From Promethearchaeota archaeon (GTDB lineage: Archaea; Asgardarchaeota; Lokiarchaeia; Sigyniarchaeales; SOKP01): 10,793 nucleotides of DNA. The notes beneath the pieces were generated by a model that ran no database searches, was not told the DNA's origin, and worked only from the letters and a program-made list of their open reading frames with translations. Location of the stretch: contig JAHLWS010000057.1 of NCBI GenBank assembly GCA_019057795.1, positions 1-10,793 on the forward strand, given 5' to 3'. Both the position numbers and the translations under genes were made by a program. This document shows, piece after piece, positions 1 through 6,605 of this stretch (positions within the stretch are counted from its first letter, which is position 1; each line of letters begins with the position of its first letter).

Positions 1-455
1 ATCTTTCCTTGTGCTTTAAGTATTTGGACCGTACGTTTGTCTATTTGGTTTGAAAGAAATGCGTCAATTTCGTTAATATATTTTCGAATCGTGCTTTCTG
101 AGATTTTCACATTGAATTGATCGTAAATTCGCTCGCAAATTAGAGCAGGTTTTTGCTTGTAAACTTTGGCTTCTTGGGCAATCCACTTCCAGATGCCTAA
201 GGAAAACTGCTTAAAGGGAAGGACGCTAAGAGGCGTCGGATTTAAGGGGTTAGCGTGTAATCCGCAATCGGGATTCGTACAACAATAAAATTTTCGGATT
301 TCTTTAATCTTCCCTTGAAAATCCATATACCCGTGCCCTCCAGAAGGATACAAGAATTCAACGGGACTACCGCAGGAAATACATTTTCTATCGAGTTCTT
401 TCGGATAAGTAATATATTGAATATCGATAAAAGAACCTCTTTTTGATACACTCAT
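1..455 (-). CDS. Transposase, N-terminal part (Zn-finger + HTH; runs off the left edge); IS family unassigned
   Basis: Translated by hand from ATG at 455: MSVSKRGSFIDIQYITYPKELDRKCISCGSPVEFLYPSGGHGYMDFQGKIKEIRKFYCCTNPDCGLHANPLNPTPLSVLPFKQFSLGIWKWIAQEAKVYKQKPALICERIYDQFNVKISESTIRKYINEIDAFLSNQIDKRTVQILKAQGK..., 151 codons with no stop. CxxC...CxxxxC zinc ribbon followed by an HTH-like segment (ICERIYDQFNVKISESTIRKY) is the usual layout ahead of a DDE domain. Locally higher GC than the flanking DNA. The catalytic domain is outside the window. Confidence 0.75.
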   Translation of the reverse strand, partial: MSVSKRGSFIDIQYITYPKELDRKCISCGSPVEFLYPSGGHGYMDFQGKIKEIRKFYCCTNPDCGLHANPLNPTPLSVLPFKQFSLGIWKWIAQEAKVYKQKPALICERIYDQFNVKISESTIRKYINEIDAFLSNQIDKRTVQILKAQGK

Positions 456-527
456 TATAATATAATATATCATTCTTGTATTTCAACTTTTCGTTCTTTT
501 TGTCGCCGATAACACCTCGTAACGAGC
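1..527 (-). mobile_element. Insertion sequence (partial); upstream end near 527
   Basis: Transposase ORF plus about 70 nt of upstream sequence ending in a mixed-base segment (tgtcgccgataacacctcgtaacgagc, 501-527) that abruptly meets an A-rich tract at 528. The matching end and target duplication are not in the window, so the boundary is approximate. Confidence 0.5.
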
Positions 528-586
528 TAAAATAAAAAAAATAAAGATTAAGTTAAAAATATATGAAAAAAAAAGGGATTTATAAA

Positions 587-2029
587 ATGGAAAATTCTAC
601 TACAGAAAAATTAGGTTTGACACCTCCAAAGTTTACTACAAAGCAATGTGTACATTGGGGCTTAGCAAGTTTTGGTGGAGCAATGATAAGTGGAACTTAT
701 GGTTCACTTTTGTCGATTTTTTACGTCGATTATTTAGGTCTTGTTGGACCTTATGCCTATTTAGTGGTTATTATGAGCATAGCTTACGCTGTTTGGAACG
801 CTTTAAACGACCCTCTTTTTGGTTTCTACTCTGATCGGTCAAAATCAAAAAAAGGAAGAAGAATTCCATTCATGCGCTATACAGCGCCCTTTCTTGGTTT
901 ATCTTTTATTCTTGTTTGGTTTGCCCCGATAAGTCCTGACAAAATATCTGTTTTTTGGTGGATGTTAGTAACAACATTCCTGTATGATACTGGCTATACT
1001 ATCGTGTTCCTAATATATTCAGCGCTTCCTCCTGAGCTAACTGAAGATGAACAAGAAAGAAATAAATTATCTATATTTGCTTCATTTTTTAGTCTAATAG
1101 GGATGATTTTAGGTTTCCTAATTCCAGACTTCTTCCGAAAAGAACAAGGAATATTTCCTCTACAAATGGCCATGATAGCAGTTGGAATCGTTGGAACTCT
1201 CTTTATATTATATACTACATTTAAGTTTAAAGAACGTCCAGAATTTACAAAAGTAGATGAGCCTCTCAAAATTAAAGATGCTATAAAATATACTTTTAAA
1301 AGCAAATCGTTTATTGTTCTTGTTTTAGCCAATTTTATGAGCGTTTTTATGCAATCGCTGATTATCGGTTCGATGTTTTACTTGGCTGATTATGTAACGC
1401 AATCATCTACTATCCTATTGCTTGTAGCTGTATTCGTTCCGCTTATATTAGGAGTATGGATAACCCCAAAATTGATTGCAAAATTTGGAGTTGTAAGGGC
1501 TGATCAAATATTATTGACAATAGGAGCTACGGGTTTACTGCTTATAACATTTACGCCAGTTACAATAATATATTTTTGCTTTGCTCTTGCAGGTATTGGG
1601 CTTGTAGGACCATTAGTTCTGACTAATGTAATGTTCGCTCAAGTGATCGACGAAGATGAGTTAAAAACGGGAGTCAGAAGAGAAGCAGCTTATTTTGGCA
1701 TGAATGCTTTTATTACTAAACCAGCACAGAGCGTTGCACTTGCTCTTCCAGCCATTTTGTTGACTATAGCTAATTTCGTTCCCAGAAATGCATTGGGGGA
1801 GATTCAAACCCAAACACATCCAGCTGATGTTGATTTCGCAATTAGAGCTTTTATGGGGTTAATTCCAGCCATTGCATTGTTTATTGAGGTTTTAATTTTG
1901 CAACTTTACCCATTAAAGGGAGAGTATTTGACAAAAGTCAAAAAAGAAATTCTTGTTTTACACGACGAAAAACATGCTAAACTGATGGAATTGGAAAAAC
2001 AACAAAAACCAGATAGAAATCAACAATAA
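587..2029 (+). CDS. GPH family (MelB/UidB-like, MFS_2) glycoside-pentoside-hexuronide:cation symporter
   Basis: About 12 hydrophobic segments; family motifs WNALNDPLFGFYSDRSKSKKGRRIPF, YSALPPELTEDEQER, FKERPE and MFAQVIDEDELKTGVRREAAYFG. ORF track starts at 563; ATG 587 (MENSTT) is an equally or more likely start. Confidence 0.92.
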   Translation: MENSTTEKLGLTPPKFTTKQCVHWGLASFGGAMISGTYGSLLSIFYVDYLGLVGPYAYLVVIMSIAYAVWNALNDPLFGFYSDRSKSKKGRRIPFMRYTAPFLGLSFILVWFAPISPDKISVFWWMLVTTFLYDTGYTIVFLIYSALPPELTEDEQERNKLSIFASFFSLIGMILGFLIPDFFRKEQGIFPLQMAMIAVGIVGTLFILYTTFKFKERPEFTKVDEPLKIKDAIKYTFKSKSFIVLVLANFMSVFMQSLIIGSMFYLADYVTQSSTILLLVAVFVPLILGVWITPKLIAKFGVVRADQILLTIGATGLLLITFTPVTIIYFCFALAGIGLVGPLVLTNVMFAQVIDEDELKTGVRREAAYFGMNAFITKPAQSVALALPAILLTIANFVPRNALGEIQTQTHPADVDFAIRAFMGLIPAIALFIEVLILQLYPLKGEYLTKVKKEILVLHDEKHAKLMELEKQQKPDRNQQ

Positions 2030-2052
2030 TTCGAATATTTAACAAAAATTAA

Positions 2053-2062
2053 TTTTTTTTTT
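2053..2062 (+). terminator. Oligo-T (T10) archaeal-type terminator after the transporter
   Basis: Ten consecutive T about 23 nt after the stop codon, in a convergent intergenic gap. Confidence 0.45.
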
Positions 2063-2082
2063 ATAATTCTGAAAAATAAATT

Positions 2083-3015
2083 TTATAAAAATTTATTAAT
2101 GATTTGAGTTTTTGTTTCCAAACTTATTCGATGTATCAGGTGCCCTAAATCAGGTTCGACAATAAGCTTACCATTGTTTAAAGTTCTCAAACCATTTAGA
2201 CAATTCCAAAGCCCATATTTGTCGTCGTCTTCTGTACCCAATGCTTCGGTATATTTACCTCCTGCTAATAAGTATCCTCCTAAACCTCCTATTGGAGGCC
2301 ATTTTTTTAAAGCTTCTTCAAAATTTTTCTCTAATAAATCGTTCATAACTTCTACTTTACTCATATCACAACAACCTAGGGCTGCAGCTAAACTATATTC
2401 TGTATGGGATGCGTGCCCTGCTGATAATAAGATTTTTTTATAAAAATTTGCTAAATTATCTGCGTTGTCATACCCATGAAAAATTTTTTTTTTATCAATA
2501 GTTTCTTCTGATAATTTCTTTACTTCTTCTAAGACTTGAACAGCATTTTTTCTAGAGACTAAGGCTGTAATTGCTACGAATTTTTTAACATCTAATTCAT
2601 TTTGTATTTTCTTTTGAAATCTATGTTCTAAAATATCACCATTTCCGCCATGTCCAGTTATTAACATAACCTTTGATACTTCTTCCTCCCGATTTCGTAT
2701 CATCTCAATATAATATTTCATAAAATCAACAGATTTTCGGTAAAAAACTTCCCAAGGGATGTAATAAGGCGCCCAATCTTTCGCTACAGGACCACACCTA
2801 TCTGTAGTATACGGAATGTGGGCAACATATCTTTGCCCAGTGTTTAATTCCAAGTCATAAGCCGATTTTTTCGCATGAAAATCATCAATGGCTTTAGGTA
2901 AAGCTAACCCATGACCTTCATAAGGATTCCCTACGGAAAATATTATCCATTGAGATTCTTTTTCTTCAAAGGGTCCCCAACTGCCCATTTTATCTTTAAG
3001 AATATAACTTGACAT
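2083..3015 (-). CDS. Creatininase-family metal-dependent amidohydrolase, ArfB-like (FAPy-monophosphate deformylase)
   Basis: Motifs GNPYEGHGLALPKAIDD (E33, H35, D44/45), GHGGN (H122) and HASHTEYS (H201, E206) match the creatininase/ArfB metal ligands. The family is confident; the substrate is not. Confidence 0.8.
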   Translation of the reverse strand: MSSYILKDKMGSWGPFEEKESQWIIFSVGNPYEGHGLALPKAIDDFHAKKSAYDLELNTGQRYVAHIPYTTDRCGPVAKDWAPYYIPWEVFYRKSVDFMKYYIEMIRNREEEVSKVMLITGHGGNGDILEHRFQKKIQNELDVKKFVAITALVSRKNAVQVLEEVKKLSEETIDKKKIFHGYDNADNLANFYKKILLSAGHASHTEYSLAAALGCCDMSKVEVMNDLLEKNFEEALKKWPPIGGLGGYLLAGGKYTEALGTEDDDKYGLWNCLNGLRTLNNGKLIVEPDLGHLIHRISLETKTQIINKFL

Positions 3016-3305
3016 TTTTTTTGTTTTTTACATATCTATTATTTATTTTAAGTAGATTAAGTGTTTTATTTAAATTCTTTTGTTCTCTGCATTAACAATT
3101 CACTTCAATAAAATTTATTATCTAATTAACCTTAGACAATTAAGGCATTAAAATATTAACATCTAATCATTTTAGGTTTTAACACCAAGTGCGAATTGAA
3201 AGAAATTTTCACTTTTCGAAAATAAAATAATAAAATCTAAATTTTATTGAATTAATTTTATTTTATATTAATATTAAAAAATAACTAATATTATTCGTGA
3301 ATTTA

Positions 3306-3623
3306 ATGGCTAAAAAAAAGAAAGCACCAGCAGAAACCGAAATTGAAGATGTTCCCGAAGGGAAAATGGATGATGATGGAGATGAGGTTATTGATTTATT
3401 TGATGAGGAAGATAATTTAGAAGATGATATTGATTATGATTTAAATGAAATTGAAGACGATATGTTAGCGGATGAAACAGAGGAAGAGGAACTCGGATTG
3501 GACATTGACGAAGTCGCAAAAATGTTAATAAAAGTGAAATGCGATCCATGTCCTGGTTTAAAAAGTAGACCAGGATGTAAAATTGCTCATGATTACGGCT
3601 GTCCAAAGCCCAATAAGCCATAA
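3306..3623 (+). CDS. Small, highly acidic protein with basic N-terminus and C-terminal Cys/His cluster
   Basis: 105 aa from ATG 3306 (track starts at GTG 3297). MAKKKK, then a D/E-rich tract, then CDPC-x8-C-x3-H-x3-C. Strong purine-rich coding bias and a downstream T-tract. Confidence 0.8.
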   Translation: MAKKKKAPAETEIEDVPEGKMDDDGDEVIDLFDEEDNLEDDIDYDLNEIEDDMLADETEEEELGLDIDEVAKMLIKVKCDPCPGLKSRPGCKIAHDYGCPKPNKP

Positions 3624-3631
3624 AATACCAA

Positions 3632-3649
3632 TTTCCTTTTATTTTTTTT
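3632..3649 (+). terminator. Pyrimidine/oligo-T terminator after the acidic-protein gene
   Basis: tttccttttatttttttt begins 8 nt after the stop codon. Confidence 0.45.
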
Positions 3650-3698
3650 ATTCAAATCTTATCGTATTCAGCCTCTAAACTAACATTAGGGATAACTA

Positions 3699-4700
3699 AT
3701 GCTCTCAAAGAATCAAAAACGCATTATTATAATCGTTATTGGAATTATTTTTAGTGCATACATCTGGAACGTAAATGCCTCGTGGGGTAATCCTTTTGAA
3801 ACGTGTTTGATATTATCAACAACAACTTTTTTAATCATTTACACGCCATTTGAAATATATTGGAGCTTTAGGGATTTGTACTTCGATAGATGGGCTCCAA
3901 TTAAATTTGGGAGTTTAATAACTTCTAAAATTAAAATCGAAGTTGGCAAAAGCAAAAAAGGAAAAAGTAGGTGTATTGTAGCTTGTTTAATATGTTCAAA
4001 CGATCAAGAAATTGTTAAATCTAAAAATACTATTGTTGTTGTCTGCCATGGTTTTTCAGACACAAAAGAAACTCTACAATACTATTATTTACCGTTAGCT
4101 TACCAAGGATATACAATCTTAGCGTATGATGCACGTGGCATTGGAGAGTCTAAAAAGGTAGGAAGAAGGAGTCAATTTTTAAAGAGAATAGATGATTACA
4201 GAAAAATAATTGAATGGGTTAAGGATCATGACCAGCTTAAGAACAAAAAGTTTTTTTCCGTCGGATTCAGCATCGGAGCTATAACTGTTCTATGTGGGGG
4301 GTTCTCAAATGTTCATATTGAAAAAATAATTGCCATTTCTTCAATATCTTATTACAAACAAAACTTACCTAAATATAATCCTATAGTAATGCTTAGCTAT
4401 CTTTTAAGGGGAGTAAAATTGTTCCCAAATAAAGAAGAAAATGAAGATTTATCTCCATACATCGTAATCGAGAAATCTAAACGCTTATTATCAGAAGAGC
4501 TATGGCGTAATTATTCTAAGAGAATATTTCTTATTCATGCTAGAAATGATAAAATTATAAAATTTAAAAATTTCAAGGAAAATGTTGAGTTGCTAGATCT
4601 TTCAGAAGAAAACACATTAGTTTTAAATAAGGGTGGCCACACTCAAAAGAAAAACGAATTAGTTTTAGTCGCAGCTTCTCTAAAATTTTTTAACTCTTAG
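3699..4700 (+). CDS. Membrane-anchored alpha/beta hydrolase (ABHD/serine aminopeptidase S33-like)
   Basis: Two N-terminal hydrophobic helices; VVVCHGF oxyanion loop, YDARGIGES, nucleophile elbow GFSIG, Asp in HARNDKII, His in GGHT. Confidence 0.9.
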   Translation: MLSKNQKRIIIIVIGIIFSAYIWNVNASWGNPFETCLILSTTTFLIIYTPFEIYWSFRDLYFDRWAPIKFGSLITSKIKIEVGKSKKGKSRCIVACLICSNDQEIVKSKNTIVVVCHGFSDTKETLQYYYLPLAYQGYTILAYDARGIGESKKVGRRSQFLKRIDDYRKIIEWVKDHDQLKNKKFFSVGFSIGAITVLCGGFSNVHIEKIIAISSISYYKQNLPKYNPIVMLSYLLRGVKLFPNKEENEDLSPYIVIEKSKRLLSEELWRNYSKRIFLIHARNDKIIKFKNFKENVELLDLSEENTLVLNKGGHTQKKNELVLVAASLKFFNS

Positions 4701-4784
4701 CTCAATCTTAAGTTAGAATTTTAAAATTGTTAACTTTAAATATTTCATTTTTAATTTAATTTAAAGCGTATAAATTGAATTTTA

Positions 4785-4958
4785 ATGATTTGTCCTATTT
4801 GTAGAGAAGAAATTAAACTTCAAAAGTTAAATTCACACTTCAAAATAACTTTAGGAAATTTAATAAACGGGAAATTTTACGGTAACAAGACCTTTTATTA
4901 TCATAAGGATTGTTTAAGTGAAAAAAATCTCAATGAGAAAGAGCTTTTAATAGTATAA
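4785..4958 (+). CDS. 57-aa zinc-finger microprotein (CxxC-x33-HxxC), not in the ORF track
   Basis: Hand translation: MICPICREEIKLQKLNSHFKITLGNLINGKFYGNKTFYYHKDCLSEKNLNEKELLIV*. Four correctly patterned ligands (C3, C6, H40, C43); TTTAAA at 4760-4765 is about 20-25 nt upstream of the ATG; it fills an otherwise empty 380-nt gap. Confidence 0.75.
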   Translation: MICPICREEIKLQKLNSHFKITLGNLINGKFYGNKTFYYHKDCLSEKNLNEKELLIV

Positions 4959-4991
4959 AATAATAAGTGTTATTAGCTGCTTCTAGTAACA

Positions 4992-5020
4992 TTTCTGAAA
5001 AGCCGATAGGTTTTAAGAAA
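4992..5020 (+). other. Stem-loop between convergent genes
   Basis: tttct-ga-aaagcc-GATA-ggtttt-a-agaaa: 5-bp and 6-bp stems (one G-U, which favours the + strand), a small internal loop and a 4-nt loop. Confidence 0.4.
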
Positions 5021-5080
5021 AGGCCAGTTTCCTCATAAAGTTTTCATTACATTTAGGATATTTTAAGATATATGCTTGTG

Positions 5081-6529
5081 CTAACCAATAATTTTATCCC
5101 AATCTGAGAAATCAATTAACTGTTGGTAATTTTTACATATCTTAGCGAATAAGGTACATCCAATGCAAGACATATTAACAAAATCATCTATAGACAAATT
5201 TAATAGTTTACTATTTTTCTGTGAGAATCCAATACCTCGCTCAACTTCAATTTGACCATCGAAACCAGATAAATTTACTACAAATTCTTCTTTCTTTAAA
5301 GAACCTTTATATACACCTCTAGCAATTCTTGCTAGACCCCCAACTGGGATTATAAGACCTTCTTTTTGGGCTAAATAGAGTCTTATATCATAGGTATGTT
5401 TTCCGCCCCTCCACATGATAGTATTAAAGTTAGCCATCTCTTGAATTGTATAGGGATATGGATTACGATTTTTCATAAATTTTGCAAAGAACTCTTTTTT
5501 ACTTTCTTCTATAATGTGTTTAATTCTTTGAGGTTTTTCATTCTTTAAGATTGGGATTACTCCTGCTCCGCCAGATCCTCCCATAGGTTTAATGATAAAA
5601 GATTTATTGTAATTTTTTATTAAATAATTTATTTTTTGGTTTAATTCCTTCTTATTATTAACTTTTGTGAAAAGTAGATATTTCAAATTAAACTTTTCAA
5701 GGAGACTTCTATTGTAAAAACTTGCTAAATATGTGAGAGATTTATCATCAGTAATTTTGAAAATTGGATTTACAATTATAGTATTTATTCTGCGAAAGTC
5801 TTTTTTAATTAGATTAGCAAATTCCACGTCGTTTAGACGCCTCGCTATACCATCTCCAATCAAGACATTAACTTTTTCACCTAGATATTTAATCCATCCA
5901 TTAGAAAATGTTAAATTTTGATGTAATTCTTTATAATCCGCTATTAAAAACACAATTTCTGCCTTATATTCCTTAGAATAATTATCGGAATTAAAAATCT
6001 TAAGTGAATAACCCATCGATTTAATTTTTTTTCTAAAAAATTCAACCATAATTACTTTTTCATGGATTAAAGAGTCGTTTACGAGGACGCCTACTAACAC
6101 TAATACTTTTTCATTATTTCCTTTAGATTTTACTATTGCTTGACTAATTGCTTGAAAGTACCCATTATACATTATTTCTTGTTGTTTGTTAGTAAGAATA
6201 GACAAACCTCGATTAGAACCTCCATTTGTTTCGAGAAGAAAAAATTTCTTACCTTCGGGCTCATCACACACCATAAAATCAATACTACCAGCATAAAATG
6301 CGTCAGCATTAACTAGAACATTATCCCCATTTTTAGCTAATTTTACCAAAGCTTTTTCTCTCATTCGATCTACAAATTCATCTTCCTGAGATGAACGAAG
6401 TTCCGCGAACGAGATTAAGTTAAGTCCTAAGGTATTTCCTAATTGAATTAATTCTAAATCAGACTCGGTGATATCTTTTGACATTAATTTAAGGAATCTG
6501 GTTAGTAAGTTCTCTCCCAAATATATCAC
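5081..6529 (-). CDS. Circularly permuted ATP-grasp amide/peptide ligase
   Basis: The metal-binding element normally at the C-terminus is near the N-terminus (GSIDFMV...FFLLETNGG; D84, E100, N102). The C-terminal half has IIKPMGGSGGAGV (K314), YTIQEM, YDIRLY (D381, R383), VGGLARIA and FVVNLSG, resembling CP_ATPgrasp proteins. Start uncertain (GTG 6529 or ATG 6484). Confidence 0.8.
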   Translation of the reverse strand: MIYLGENLLTRFLKLMSKDITESDLELIQLGNTLGLNLISFAELRSSQEDEFVDRMREKALVKLAKNGDNVLVNADAFYAGSIDFMVCDEPEGKKFFLLETNGGSNRGLSILTNKQQEIMYNGYFQAISQAIVKSKGNNEKVLVLVGVLVNDSLIHEKVIMVEFFRKKIKSMGYSLKIFNSDNYSKEYKAEIVFLIADYKELHQNLTFSNGWIKYLGEKVNVLIGDGIARRLNDVEFANLIKKDFRRINTIIVNPIFKITDDKSLTYLASFYNRSLLEKFNLKYLLFTKVNNKKELNQKINYLIKNYNKSFIIKPMGGSGGAGVIPILKNEKPQRIKHIIEESKKEFFAKFMKNRNPYPYTIQEMANFNTIMWRGGKHTYDIRLYLAQKEGLIIPVGGLARIARGVYKGSLKKEEFVVNLSGFDGQIEVERGIGFSQKNSKLLNLSIDDFVNMSCIGCTLFAKICKNYQQLIDFSDWDKIIG

Positions 6530-6605
6530 TCAATCGTGATTTAAAAAATTGATAGTCCGATTTCAATTGATCTTATTATGTTTTTAATGCTTTTAAAGAT
6601 AACAA

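Noticed and set aside
242-451. 69-aa minus-strand ORF from the track
   Set aside because: Out-of-frame shadow of the longer motif-bearing transposase frame starting at 455.
646-1332. ORFs 646..834 (+) and 994..1332 (-)
   Set aside because: Fully inside the transporter gene in alternative or antisense frames; no motifs.
2174-2443. 89-aa plus-strand ORF
   Set aside because: Antisense shadow of the creatininase-family gene.
3388-3621. 77-aa minus-strand ORF
   Set aside because: Antisense to the acidic protein; its H/Q/L/N-rich composition mirrors the GAT/GAA codon runs.
4995-5020. Hammerhead ribozyme-like CTGA...GCC-GATA-GG...GAAA
   Set aside because: Core reads CTGAAAA rather than CUGANGA, GAAA is not adjacent to stem II, and I found no stems I/III.
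4975-5050. C/D box sRNA on the minus strand (ATGAGGA C-box-like)
   Set aside because: No properly placed CUGA D box downstream.
3306-6529. Graspetide RiPP cluster (acidic ORF as precursor, ATP-grasp as macrocyclase)
   Set aside because: Graspetide synthetases are non-permuted RimK-like enzymes; no recognisable leader or repeated core, and the genes are on opposite strands and not adjacent.
5081-6529. Tubulin-tyrosine ligase-like call from the YDIRLY motif
   Set aside because: TTL/TTLL enzymes carry the D...LEVN element C-terminally; here it is N-terminal.
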